Under the pieces are notes generated by a model that was given only the letters and a program-made list of their open reading frames with translations, was not told the DNA's origin and did no database searches. Positions 1 to 16,144 of a DNA stretch of 64,000 bases are shown here, one piece after another. The stretch is from the human T2T-CHM13v2.0 reference genome, Homo sapiens. Position numbers and translations under genes: made by a program. The DNA lies in NCBI RefSeq assembly GCF_009914755.1, contig NC_060941.1, one strand, 5' to 3'. Each line of letters starts with the position of its first letter. Position 1 is the stretch's first letter.

Positions 1-800
1 TCAAGTTAATTTGCCTTCCAGACAGAACCACAGACCAGTGTCCCTGCCTCCTCGAGGGTGGGAGGGACCCCAGGACCCCCTGGAGAGGCACACTTGAGGA
101 GGCAGACACACCGGTCTGTGGTCTGTACCCCACAGCTATCTCCAGCTCCAGGTCCAGGGAGGGCCAGAAGGTGGAGCGGCGGGGGCCAGTGGCGAGGACA
201 GTGCGCCACCCCCCGAGGCTGGCCGGCTCCCCAGCTGAGGCAGGCGCATGAAATCCGAACTCTGGAGGGAAATTTACTGCACAATAAAGGAAGAATGGCC
301 TGCTTTGGGGACAATTAAATCCACATTACTGTGGAATTACAGAGGACTCCTGGGGAATTAGCCACATCCACAGCAGCCAGGAGCACCAGGGCCAAGAAAT
401 GTGGGGCGTTCACATGTGGGTTCCCTCCAACCCTGACTTGTACTAGGAACCTGTCTTGTTCCCAAGCCCCCTAATTTTAGGGTAAGAAAAAACATTTTCA
501 AAGACTACCTGAGGGGAACTAATGTCATAAAACAACGCCACCGGGCCCAGTGTGTATCTTAAATAGATCTATTCTGGTCACAAAACCAACTGAGTCACAG
601 GGTGGAGGTCTGGGGAGGACTAACCCCCTACCACCCCATTTGCAGCTGGGGGAGAAGAAAGGGCCAGGCTTCTGAGCAGAGTGGGCCAGGCGTCCAGTCC
701 CTGTCACTCCTGTGAGCTGTGTGAGTCCAGCCAGGGTCTCGACATTATTTTCTGGCTTCCTTTAATTGGATCAAAGTAAAGTTGTAAAGTATGGGGTGTT

Positions 801-1105
801 GGCCAGGCACGGTGGCTCACACCTGTAATCCCAGCACTTTGGGAGGCCGAGGTGGGTGGATCACCTGAGGCCAGGAGTTTGAGACCAGCGTGGCCAACAT
901 GGCAAAACCCTGTCTCTACTGAAAATACAAAAAATTAGCCGGGCGTGGTGGCAGGCACCTGTAGTCCCAGCTACTTGGGAGGCTGAGCCAGAAGAATCAC
1001 TTGAACCCAGGAGGCAGGGGTTGCAGTGAGCTGAGATCGGCCACTGCACTCCAGCCTGGGCGACAGAGCAAGACTCCATCTCAAAAAAAAAAAAAAAAAA
1101 AAAAA
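801..1105 (+). mobile_element. Alu (S-type), full length
   Basis: GGCCAGGCACGGTGGCTCAC start, dimeric body, long A tail. Confidence 0.95.
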
Positions 1106-1755
1106 GTGTGGGGTATTTAGAAGAACAGATGTGTTTGTATTCATTTTCCATCCAAGCCTCTGCGGGCTGGAAGAAGATAAGGAGACTGTTTCTGAAGTCA
1201 CAAGTTGGGCAGCTTGAGCTGTCTAGGGTTTGGGAGACCCCTGCGAGGCCCTTGTGCCCTTTCAAGCACATTCCTCAGTTCTCTTCCTGCCGTACCTTCA
1301 GCAGTGGTGCAGGCATGTATGGACAGAGACAGGAGGCAAACAGCTGAGTAAGGTGCAGGGAGGGGACACTAGGATCCAGGGCTCATGAGGAGGCTTGAAG
1401 CATAATGACCCAGGGGTGCCTGGTGCACAGAGACTGCTCCACGTGAGTCATGTGTCACTGTTACGGTGGCTGAGTGGAAGTGGCAGGTGTGAACTGCCCC
1501 AGCTTTGAAGGCTGCCCTCAGCTCCCACCTCCTGCCCTGAGCTCATCTCATTGTTCTCTGCATTTTCTTTCTTAGAGCTCCCAGAGGCCCCTCACTCCTT
1601 CTGGGCACAGACTTCCTGCCCATTTTGGGGGTGAGTCCTCAAGGAGGGGACCACCTTGCTTATGCATACCTTGGTCCTCAGTCCTGAAACAAGCAGCCAA
1701 TGCACTCCTACCTCCCATCGCCTTCTGCTGGTTAGCAGGGCTGGAGGGGACCTGT

Positions 1756-1797
1756 GGGTCTTTAGACACACCCTGGGGGTCTTTAGACACACCCTGG
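1756..1797. repeat. Perfect 21-bp tandem duplication (GGGTCTTTAGACACACCCTGG x2)
   Basis: Read directly from the sequence. Confidence 0.95.
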
Positions 1798-2426
1798 GGC
1801 TCCTGGCAGCCATGCCCTCTGGGTGCTGAGACAGAGTGAGGCGGGACAATGTCTCTGATTGCTAGTGAGCTAGGGATTTGGCCCGTGCTATTGGCTCTCA
1901 AAACAATTTGGAGGAGGAAAGTGAGGGGCTAACTCGCCGCAGGACTCTCCTTTCCTGGTCAGTCCCTTGTTGGATTCTTGCCTGGGAGTTTCAGAGCCAG
2001 CGAGGCACTGGGGTTGCTTACTGTCCCCATATGTGGAGGAGATGTCCAAAATACTCAGTAGCTGGTGCTTCTGGGTAATACCCCGGCATCGGTGTTGAGA
2101 TGCTGGCCATAGACAGCTGCCTTGCTACCTCTCTGTGGAAGATCAGTCTGCCCTAAAGCTTTTGAACCCCCAAAGGCCTGTTCAGAGGATGTTCAGCTAT
2201 GGAGCCACCATCTCTCCATGAGGAAGAGCTTGTGGCTTTCCCCAGGCTGTTTTCCCTGGCTGTACTAGATAACTCAGGACATCATTGCAGAAGGACAATT
2301 TGGATTCTTCCCGCATTTGCCCACAGGGAAGCTCTGCTGCGCAGTCCCTCCCCGTAAGGACTCAGGGTCATTTGCAGACTGGAAATCCCTTCCATTAGCT
2401 CACGTGTAAGAATATTAACAAGGCCA

Positions 2427-2686
2427 TTTGGGAGGCCGAGGTGGGCAGATCACGAGGTCAGGAGATCGAGACCATCCTGGCTAACACGGTGAAACCCCGT
2501 CTCTACTAAAAATACAAAATAAATGAATAAATTAGCCGGGCATAGTGGCGGGCACCTGTAGTCCCAGCTACTAGGGAGGCTGAGGTAGGAGAATGGCATG
2601 AACCTGTGGGCAGAGCTTGCAGTGAGCTGAGATCGAGCCACTGCACTCCAGCCTGGGCGACAGAGAGAGACTCCGTCTCAAAAAAG
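2427..2686 (+). mobile_element. AluY, 5'-truncated by ~30 nt
   Basis: Y diagnostics GAGATCGAGACCATCCTGGCTAACACGG and GAATGGC; TSD AAGAATATTA(A/G)CAAGGCCA on both sides. Confidence 0.93.
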
Positions 2687-3699
2687 AATATTAGCAAGGC
2701 CAATGCTAACCTCAAACCTGTAAGGATCTGACATCCCAGAGGCAGGAAATGTGTCTTCTAAGGCTCTCTGAGTTGGAAGGGTCTCGATCAGTCTAGTTCC
2801 ACCTCCTCCCCAGAGCCGGAGTCTCCTGTACCGTATTTTTCTACTTGAAGGTCTCCAGGGATGGCAAAGTCACTGTCCCCCAGGGGTGGCCCATTCTAGC
2901 TCCTTTGGCCAGCTGGAATCTGCCATCCCCTGTCTTATCCTCTGTTTGATGGTAGGCCACCTAAAATCTTTCATTAAATCTCATAGACACTTTACTGAGC
3001 TCTAAATGAATTGTACCTAGTGGTTTGATTAAAATAACTGGATTCAGAATTGGGGTTCAGATTTTGATCATTTTCACCACAAAGCATATCATGATGAAAA
3101 TGGCTTTGTTTGGGTACAGATTTGGGGCCACTCTGGCCATACTTGCCTTCCTCCCCCTTGTGTCTCCTGGAACTGGAGTGTGATTGGTTCCACATGGGGA
3201 TCTTTGCATGTGAAGTGGGGGCATGCTAACTAGTGACAGGGCCTCTTGAGGGGCTGGGTAGGGGCAGAGGGGCGTGGTCTGTCTGTTTGGCATTGACGGC
3301 CCTGCAGACAGTGCCCTGCAACTGGAAAGCAGTTTTTGGGTCATCCAATGGGCAGGGTCTTTTCCCTTCTCACAAATCTCCACGTGCTCCTGGGCACAGG
3401 TATCTATTCTTGTTCAGCAGATTGAGAGAGGGAAATAAGGGAACGACAAGCTGGTGCTAAGCAAATAGGAACTGAAGAAGCAGACAACCCTTTGAGTTAA
3501 GAAAAACCCAAACAGGACTCTTCTCTCCTAGACCTGTTGAGTTGAGGGGCCCTTTTAACCTCTTCTGGGACTTGTGGAGACTGAGGAAATTAAAGTGGCT
3601 GTTGATAAAAAAAACCGTTGCGTGAAATCGTACATCTTAGGCACAGCCCAAGCTGGGTAGGGATCTGGTGTGTCCTGGAGGTAGCACTGACATGCCAGT

Positions 3700-3787
3700 C
3701 TTGGGGCATACTTTTACTAAAAATGATTTGTGCCATTCAAATTTAACTGGGTGTTCTGTATTTTTATTTGCTAAACCTGGCAACCCG
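3700..3787. mobile_element. MER53-like hAT DNA transposon fragment
   Basis: TTCAAATTTAACTGGGTGTTCTGTATTTTTATTTGCTAAACCTGGCAACCC resembles the MER53 arm as I recall it. Confidence 0.65.
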
Positions 3788-4951
3788 AGTCTAGTCGGAG
3801 AGTGAATTAGGAAACTGAGAAGGCGTTTTGGTGTTGTCCTGGAGTGGCCCAATGGGACACTGGTTTCTGTTGGGCACACGGGGGTCCAGCGTGCAGATTG
3901 GGACCCTGGTTTCACCCTGTCCCTGTCCACGAGCAGGAATCTTGATCTGTTGGTCACACGGGGGTCTGGTGTGCAGTATTGAACCCTGCAGTAGTTTTGG
4001 CTGCAGTCTGGGCTGGTCTCTGGAGTTTACAACCCAAGTCAAAGTTAACTAAAGAGATGAATTAAATAAAGGTCAAGCAGGGAGGGATACAGCCCATGGG
4101 GGTAGAGGGGAACAAAGGGCTGGGGAAGGTGTCCTGGGAATTGCATGTTTTCCTGCCTGGTGTCTGGAGAACAGAATCAACTGCAAGTCATTAAGCCTCC
4201 CTTGCACCAGCCTCTCCCACTGCCCTGGAGTCCCGCCTTGAATCTCCAGCCTGGCAAGTGCCTGGCTTAGTGACGGGAGCCATTACAGATGGGAAATGAC
4301 TCCAGGGAGCCAGGAGCCAGGCTTGGCCGGCTTGGCTGGCAAATCAGCCCTCATATGTCCATTTCATAAAGCACAGGGAGTGTATGCACCACCTCTAGGG
4401 AAAAGAGATTGGAAGGAACCCCCCCCACACCCCCACACACACCCTGCTGCCACCCCCCGAGCTGCTAACCAGACATCTGGGCAGGGCGGGCAAGTCACAG
4501 AGCAAAGAGAATTTCATGGCAACAAAAGCTTCCGGGAGAACTTTGCTCAGACAATCTCTTCCAGTTTGAAAATTCTCTGCCTTCAGGAATGAATTCCAGC
4601 AGCCACAGGGTTTTATCAGGCTTCTTTCTGCCTGAGACCATGTCACCCTCACCATGCTGCTGGGGGTCTGGAAAGAGCTCTGAATTAGTTTGGTGAAGTG
4701 TTAGTCACCATTCACTATTGCCAGGTCCCTGGCAACATCTCTTTGCTTCTTGGGACCTTGTTCTTCTCATCTCTTCTTCTACAAGAGGGTAAACTAGGAA
4801 ACCCTGGAAGGCTGCACCAGCCCCAAGACCCTGGGTTTGTCCTTAGAACAATGTCCCCCTTCCTTCTTTTGCTGATAGATCTGGAGCTTGGAGAGGACTG
4901 GGTGGGATGGGGTGAGGTTTCATGCAGGGTCTTATTATAAGGAAGGAGCAG

Positions 4952-5395
<444 letters not shown>

Positions 5396-6907
5396 AAGGA
5401 AGGAGCAAGACCTCCAGTCTCTGGACCCCCACTGTGAAACTGTTTTTGTCCTGAAAGGCAAGAAAGTTTGCATCTCATAGACAGTGGGCAGCCATGGAAG
5501 GTTCCAGAACAGGGCAGTGACAAATGAGAGGAATGTCTGAAGAGGGATTTGGGGTGGCGGGCTGGTTGGAGGTGGAGAAGGCGTAGAGTTGTGCATGGCA
5601 CATAGAGGGCCAGGGCTAAAGTCCCCGAAGGAGGTGGCAGAGAGAGCACTCACCCTCTGCCTGGGGCAGAGGCTCCGGACTGGAACGTGGACGGAGGATC
5701 TGAGGAACGCAGCAGACAAAGAACTGATGACTGCTCAGGGCTTACCAAAGCCTGCTCGGCATTTCCTCCAAGAGAGGGGCCCGCCCGCCGGGCAGGCGGA
5801 GAGAAGGATGTTTGTGCAGCAGGAACCCTGAGTGATTCTTTTGCAGCAAGGGCCTGGGACATGTTCGTTAGGAGGGGATTGTTTCAAAGCCTTAGGGGGA
5901 GGCATAGCAGCCAAAAAAGGGCAGGGAAGAGAAAAGGCTAAGATGTTTACAGAGAAAAAAAAAAAGTCAGTGGAAAAAATGACGGCGAGGTCAAGCAGAT
6001 TTGGGGGATGGCCCCCGCTGTCCACTGGGGAGGGGCCGGGTGCCCGGCACAGCGGGAGAAAGAACCACAGGGCCTGGGCTGTGCTTTTTGGAGAGCCGAG
6101 CCCGTGACCCCGGTATCCTTAATCCTGCCCGTGGTCCTGATCCCAAACCCCACGAAATGCCCTCTCCGGTCTGTTTGCCGCCAGCCTCTTTGCAGGGACC
6201 ACGTCCATCAGTTGGTCCCCCCTGGACATTTCTGCTTGAAGAAGGAGACAGGACTCACCAGACTTAAGACTTATCTGCCCCCCACCCCTGTCCCTTCCCC
6301 CAGAAGCCTAAGAGGGTCTGGCTGCGGGGTGGGAGGCCAACTCCTAGCAGCCCTTTTGTCTGACATCTTGACAAAGGGGCTGGGGCCTTTCCCAAGCCCC
6401 ACAGGTGTGAAGAACTTGTTACTGTAGTGTTTATTCAGCCCTATTAGTGGCCTGAAGGACTGTTGACAGAAGGCCCCTTTGTGTTCAGACTTGGCTAAAG
6501 CTCCCTAAGCCCTCGACAAACACAGGCCACTTATCTCCGGGGACTTTATCAGAAACCATCTAAAGCCTGTCTTTGGCAAGCCGGGAACTCCAGCCTCCCG
6601 TCCCACTCTGACTGTGACTCCGGGCACTGAGGTTCCAAAACACTTCCCACTTTCTTTCATTTTTCCTACCACCTTGATCCACCCCTCTTCCACGGCATTT
6701 CTGGTATCAGAGATAAAGCACAGGTGGTGGTGGGGAGGGGGAAGGGAGGGTGGACAGAAATTCTGTTTTCAAATTGGACCCTAAAAACTAAATGGAGTGG
6801 CCCTGCAGGCCTGGTTCTGAAAGAGAGACTTAAGAGAGGTGTATGGGCTCCTCTCTGGGAGAACTTGGCTTCAGGGGCCTCTAAGGCTGACCACGGAGGG
6901 TCCCTGT

Positions 6908-7427
6908 GGAGAGGTGAAGCCAGCTGGACTTCCTGGGTCTGCTGGGGAATTGGGAAAATTGTCTGTCTTACAAGAGGATTGTAAAACACACCAATCAGCA
7001 CTCTGTAGCTAGCAAGAGGATTGTAAAATGCACCAATCAGCGCTCTGTAAAACACACCAATCAGCACTCTGTAAAATGCACCAATCAGCACTCTGTAAAA
7101 CGCATCAATCAGCCCGAGTCTAAAAGTAGCCAATCGCGGGGAGGATTGAAAAAAGGGCACTCTGATAGGACAGAAATGGAACATGGGCAGGGACAAATAA
7201 GGGAATAAAAGCTGGCCCCCCGCGGGCCATGAGTGGCAATCCACTCGGGTCACCTTCCACGCTGTGGAAGTTTTGTTCTTTTGCGCTTCACAATAAATCT
7301 TGCTGCCGCTCACTCTTTGGGTCCGTGCCACCTTTAAGAGCTGTAACACTCACCGCCAAGGTCCACGGCTTCATTCTTGAAGTGAGCGAGACCGGGAACC
7401 CACTGGCAGGAACCAACTCTGGACACA
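6908..7427 (+). mobile_element. LTR12F-type (ERV9/HERV9) solo LTR, ~520 bp, sense to NTN1
   Basis: Start GAGAGGTGAAGCCAGCTGGACTTCCTGGGTC; CACCAATCAGCACTCTGTAAAA repeats; AATAAAA TATA-like box at 7204; AATAAA at 7292; end GGAACCAACTCTGGACACA; 4-bp TSD ctgt/ctat. Confidence 0.92.
6985..7215 (+). promoter_or_regulatory. LTR12 U3 promoter module: five CCAAT (NF-Y) boxes and an AATAAAA TATA-like element
   Basis: CCAAT at 6991, 7033, 7057, 7081 and 7130, with a TCAAT variant at 7105; LTR12 U3 is an established NF-Y-driven promoter; activity of this copy is unknown. Confidence 0.6.
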
Positions 7428-8152
7428 CTATTGCTCACTGCCCTCTGCTAAATCCCCCTGCTGTGCCACCGCATGCCCAAAGGTAAACTCCTTTTTTCTC
7501 CCCCAAAATAGTTTCCTCTGCCCAGTTCCCCGGAGAGGATCCTGCACACCCATTCTCTCTGAAAGACCCAGGTGGTCATCAGTCCTGTTGGCCACGCCCC
7601 TCTGATGGTTCCCCTGGGAAGGCTCCCATACCTCCACTTTCAGCAAGGGGGAAGCCTGCAGGGTCATCCCGCCACCACCCCAGGGCCATGGCAATTCCCA
7701 GCTGTGATCCACCCGCTGCCTGGAGGTGGTCTTAGAGCCCTTTCCACAGCCCTGTCACTGGCTTCCACCCTGAGGCTTCTTCACAGCGTCATTACCTAGC
7801 CTGGAGCACCCCACTTCTGAATTCCAGGGTCCCCTCCCAAAGGCCTCCATGCTGATGTGAGTCTGCTGATCTGTCCCCTACCCTGCAGGAGTTTGGGTAT
7901 CATGAGTTAGACTTTTAGGGCCAGAAAATAACTTAGAAATCATCAGACGCAGATGTCTTCATTTTTCAGATGGGAGAATGGGTTCAGAGGGGCCAAGTGG
8001 GCTTTCCAGGTCACACACCTGGGGGAGTCGCGGAGCCGGAGCTAGAGTCCAGGCTTCCCACATCAGGCCCCAGCTCTCTTTCCTCTTGCTTGCTTGTGAG
8101 GTTGTAGCCATTGTGTTTGATCTTGGTTAGTAATAGTGACACTCCAGGGGGC

Positions 8153-8749
<597 letters not shown>

Positions 8750-10348
8750 TTAAAAACCACAGCTCAAGAGAAGGAAGAGGGGGCCACGGTCTGTTGAGAG
8801 AGCAGAATGCAGCAACGTCAGCCCTATGGCAGGCGTGCTTCCCACTCAGAGCTGGGCACTTCCAAGGTCTCCGTTCATGTTTGTTGAATGAAGCAACGAA
8901 CGGGCAGTCAGGTAGAAGCGGGTCCTGTTTTGGTGTCCTTGTGGCATCTCGAAGTGCCACATCTTCCCTCACATGGTCTCTGGAACTCCAGAGAGTCCCA
9001 TGGGACATCCTTACCTCGCCTGGCTCTCATGCCCTGCGTGGACTGACTCTACCTGTTGACTCTTTTCTTTCAGACAAGTGAGTTGTCCAGTTCTCCTGGC
9101 CATATCTAGGAGACTGTTTGTCAATGGTTTTTAAAATGGTTGAAACGAGGCATCCTCAATGAGTGCAAACCCCAGAGCCTTGAGTGGAACCAACTACTCC
9201 TGTGTGATGTCCTCACGGTCCCCGTAGGGGTCATCCAGTCTCGTGACTCCCTCTGGCTGGTCACTGCTGCATTTTATCTGGCTGGCTGATGTCTCCAGTG
9301 ACGAGCCTTAAGCCTATGTTTGGGGGATAGTGGTGGACCTGGGAGTGAGACCACAGCGGCAGCAGCATTAACCAGACCTTAGCATGCCCAGGTATTTCCA
9401 CCGACCCTGCCAGGGCAGGGACCATGATTGTCCTGCTCACTGTGACGTCCCCAGCACCTTGCATGGTGCCCAGAATGCACCAGGTAGGGGCTCAGTAAAT
9501 ACTTGTTGAATGCTTTGATAAATTCATGCCCTACCAGATTTGCTAATAGTGAAGTAAAACCTAAGTCTGGGCTTGGATTGTTTTATAAATGTATGTATAT
9601 GTATGATCGTTTCTCTTATGCCCAGCTCACCTGTAGACACAAAAGGCTGTGAGTCCCAGAAATTCTTGGGCCAGTCCTGCCTCGGCCCCTTTCCCAAAAG
9701 GAGCCCTTCGAGAGGTTGGCTCAGAATGATCCCCAGGTGTGGGCGGGAGTTAGGTGTGTGGGCAGCTGGAGTTGCTCAACCCAGCCATTTCAGGAGACGC
9801 TGAAAAGGGGGCTCAGAAAAACACACTGGAGGCGGAATACCTAAAATTTATAAACAGGAGCTGAACAATTTCTAAATAAATAGCATACCAAATGGAGCAG
9901 CAAAGTAATAAAGGAAATACAGACTACCTCAAACTCTTAAAAATAACTCTCAAGTATTTTTATGATTCTGAACCAGTCATTTAAGGAGAAATTTCTCTTG
10001 AAACCAGGCATCTGCCCACTGCCCCATCACAGGCCCCTGCGGTTGAACCTCCCTTTACCTCCCTGCAAAGGCTCTCTGTCCACACAGTGGGTCATGTCCC
10101 AACTGGGTTCTTTTCCATTGAGTTCCAGTTCCATCCCTCCCCATCAGAGCCTGCATTTGCACAGGATCCCCAGGTGACCATATGCACGTTACAGTTGGGG
10201 CAGCGCTGGCAGAATATCCCGTCTGTGCTCCGACTCTCTTCTCAGGCCCTGTCCTCTCCCCGTTGTTCCAGAGAGGTCCAGAAGAACGGCCTCCTTGAGT
10301 GTTAGTCTTGACAGCTCTGGTCACCGTTGAAAACAGTGCAATTACTAG

Positions 10349-10842
<494 letters not shown>

Positions 10843-10920
10843 TAGAGAACAGCATTTTAGGCAAAGGGGATTAAACATTTACATACCCTGGAGGCGGTGG
10901 GCGTCATGATCTCCCTAACC

Positions 10921-11128
10921 CAGGAATTCTCAAACTCAGCACTATGGACATTTGGCAGGCTCTGTTTGGGGGAACTGTCCTGTGCATTGTAGGAAGTTTA
11001 GCGACCTCTCTGGTTTCTATCCCTGGATGCAAACAGCCCCTCCCTCCCCAGTCATGATAACCAAAAATGTCTGTAGACACTGCCAGATGTGCACTGGGGG
11101 ACAAAATTGCCACCGGTTGAGAACACTG
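10921..11128. mobile_element. MER20 (hAT-Charlie)
   Basis: TTCTCAAACTCAGCACTATGGACATTTGG ... AACCAAAAATGTCT ... GGTTGAGAACACTG. Confidence 0.85.
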
Positions 11129-11989
11129 CCCCCTCTCCCTCAGGGAATTTGTGAGTTGTACATGCTGAGTAGGTCTCCTGGTCCTTACCCAGGAGCCATG
11201 GACTTACCTAGCAGAGGAGCTGGTGAGGGAAGAAGCGCCCCCCACCGACCTGCAAATTTTTGCCATGTCCCAACCTGCCCATGTGGCCTGGACATGTGGA
11301 AATGTGTCAACAATCATGACAGATCTGAGAGCAGTGCCTGTCCCAGTGCGCAGGCAGCCAATGGCTGGGGCCTGCAGCCTGCGATGGTGCCTGCGTGAGT
11401 TGGTTTTTTTTTTTTTTTTTGAGAATTCAGCCGTTATGCTACAGAGATAACATGGTCGGTCTTCTCAAAAGAACTGCTCTGGAAGGAGAGGACATGGTGA
11501 TCCTGTGTGCTGGAGGGCTGCTGTGGGGTACTGGGCCCCAGACTAGAGCCTCTGAGGAGACCCATCACCAAATGGCCTTCCTGCTCCAGTGAGAAGCCCC
11601 TGGGCCATGTGAAGTCTGGGGGAGCCAGGACCAGAGTCCCTGAGAGACATGGTCTGGAAACTGCTCACCAATGTCTGCTGGATGCTTTCTGGACCTGGGG
11701 TAGTCCTGATGGGATTGAGAGTAAGTTCGCCAGGGTCTTTTGGGGTGGGCCAACACTTATGGTTTGGTAAATTCATCAAAAGCAACGGATGCAGATTCAG
11801 TCTCTGTGTGCAAGGGCACTACTTAGAGTTCCAGGAAGAGTCCAGGGGACTTAGATGTGGGTTTTTCTCTCTAAAGCACAGCAGTCTACTTGAGCAGACA
11901 GAAGTTAAATTGATGAGTTAAAGCAGTTGAAAGCAACAATCAGATGTCGCAAGGCTATGCCTTGTCAGGGAGTGGTTCAGGCAGTAAAT

Positions 11990-12245
11990 CCTCTATCTGC
12001 CCTACCTGTCTAACTATCTAACTGTCTCTATACATACCCGCTTGCCTGTCTACCTGCCCACCTACCTATCCATCCATCCATCCATCCATGCATGCGTCCA
12101 TCCATCCATCCATGCATCCCTCCCTCCCTCCCTCCCTCCACCCACCTATCAACCCCATCCATCCGTCCATCCCTCTCTCCATCTATCCATCCATCCATCC
12201 ATCCACCTTTTCATCCTTCCATTCATTCATCCATCCATCTATCTT
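11990..12245. repeat. (CATC)n/(CCCT)n degenerate tetranucleotide repeat
   Basis: Read directly from the sequence. Confidence 0.9.
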
Positions 12246-14189
12246 CTCTCTTGTTTGCTTTCTGTCTCTCATTTGCACAACAAAAATGTATGAAGGCTTT
12301 CTGTGGGCTGGAGGATATAAGAGCAAACGCTGTCCCTATCCTCAGCAAACCAACACAGTTAATGAGAGATTAGTCCCACTTGATCAGAGAATTTTCTGAC
12401 ATGAGTTTGTTCCCTCCATTAGATGGGGAACCCATGGATAGTTGAGAGTGCATTGTCCATCTGTGTATCTCACATAGCCTGTAGCACAGAGCTGGGAACA
12501 TAGCTAGAACACTGTGAGTATGCACTGAACTGACCTGACCTGGGGAGTGGGAAGGGGTTGAGCAGTTCCAGGTTGGTGGGAGAGGGAGAGGGGCAGAAAG
12601 GCAGGAATGTTGAGAGGTAAGGAGTGGCCACAGGCATGTGTTGAAATAGGACTTAGAGGACTTTTTGATGGGGGAAGAAAATAGGAACCCACCTCTTGGG
12701 CCTCTTTTCCTACTGGGTTTCTGGTTGGAAAGTGGGGCCTCTCGCCCTCTTATCTTCCTTACCCTCGTTATGCCCTGGGTCTGAAATGCAGCCACATGTG
12801 ATGCATCCTTGGTGATCCTCACATGATAGCCAAAGAGGGGCACGAAGCTTGGGGTGTCTGTGGGTGTCTGGGGTACCCCTGGATAAGAGGCAGAGCCTCA
12901 ATGGCCTAGGCAGTGCTTCTGTCCTTGCCCCTGCTGGTCCCTCAAGAGTGTCTCTGCCACCCCCAACCCCCTTTTCTCTGGGCTGACCTCTCTGTTCTCA
13001 CAAAGCTGCCCTTTCCTCCCTGTCTTGAAATCTGATAATGAAACTAATACCCAATATTTTTGCCTCCAAGAGATGCAGGAGATAAACAGGAAGGCGCGAA
13101 GGATTAAGGTGTCTCTCTGAGGAAGGGGCTAGGGACAGGCCGGGAGTTGGGTGACGCCTCTGTGTGGAGCCGAGGGATCCAGATGTGAGCTGCTTTGCCC
13201 AACGCATTTTTCCATCTGTGCAGAGAAAATAAAACAAAGAGAAAAGAAAACAAGCTGTAAAATACTTTGCAGAAGTCTGAGCATGGGCATTTGCCACTTG
13301 ATGTCTCCTGACAGCTCCAAGAAGCAGGGGAGGGAAGGGAGCCCTGCCTTTTGATGTTTGCCTCAGAGTTTTCTTTTGTGTGACCGTTGTTTAGGAAGAA
13401 CCTTTTGTTGGCGTAAGGTGCATATGGAAGAGAGCTACCAGCCCCCAGCTTCCTCCTGGGGTGGGAAAAGTGGAGGCTGAGCTCCCAGAAGGGGCTCAGA
13501 GGTTAGGGCAGGCCCCTCTGGAAAATGCAGGAGAAGGACATTTGCCTCCAAGAAGGACAGGATGATGCTGTTATCAGGCCTTTCCTGGTACAAGGGAGGC
13601 CTGAGGAAGTGAGGCCTGGGTGATCCTTCCAGATCCCTGTCCCCAGGCAGGTGTTCCAGTTCCTGTGATTTCTGTGCTTGTAAGAAAGATGTAGATTCTG
13701 ACTGTAGTCTAGGCCAGCTGTTACTTCCAGTGATAGGGGTCTTTTCCTCTGAGCCAGTGGACCAGGAGCCAGAAGGGTAGGGTTCCCATCCTGGGCCCCC
13801 CCATTTACTGGCTCTGTGGTCCTGGGCTGGTTGGTCATTTCACCTCTCTGAGCAGGCCCCTGTCACCCTTGTCTGGCAGAGTGAGTCCAAAGAGAGTGAG
13901 TGTGTGCAGGCGTGACAGTCGTCTGCAGGAGGGCAAGGTGCAGCTGCAGCCTCTTTCTTTGCACTTGGTTGAACTCAGCCCTGGGAACACTTGCCGGAGG
14001 ACAGTTAGCAAGGTTCTGGGACTCATCCCCTGGTCTAATTTGGCTTCTGGCTGCTTTCAGACTTCAGGGCAGGAGCTGTCTTTTCTCCTGCATCCCACAC
14101 TGCTTTTTCTAGGGCCCTGTCCACCTCTATTTGTAAATGAAATGACTAATGGGTGAGTGACTTGGCAGTGACTCTAGGAAGAGCACTTA

Positions 14190-15190
<1,001 letters not shown>

Positions 15191-15267
15191 GTCCTTCTTT
15201 TAAATGCCTCCACTTCCAACTCCAAGAGGCCCACTATGCATAGCCATGCAACACAGTGCCAGAGGAA

Positions 15268-16144
<877 letters not shown>

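Noticed and set aside
6666-7349. 227-aa minus-strand ORF with YRVLIGAF repeats
   Set aside because: It is the antisense translation of the LTR12 24-bp repeats.
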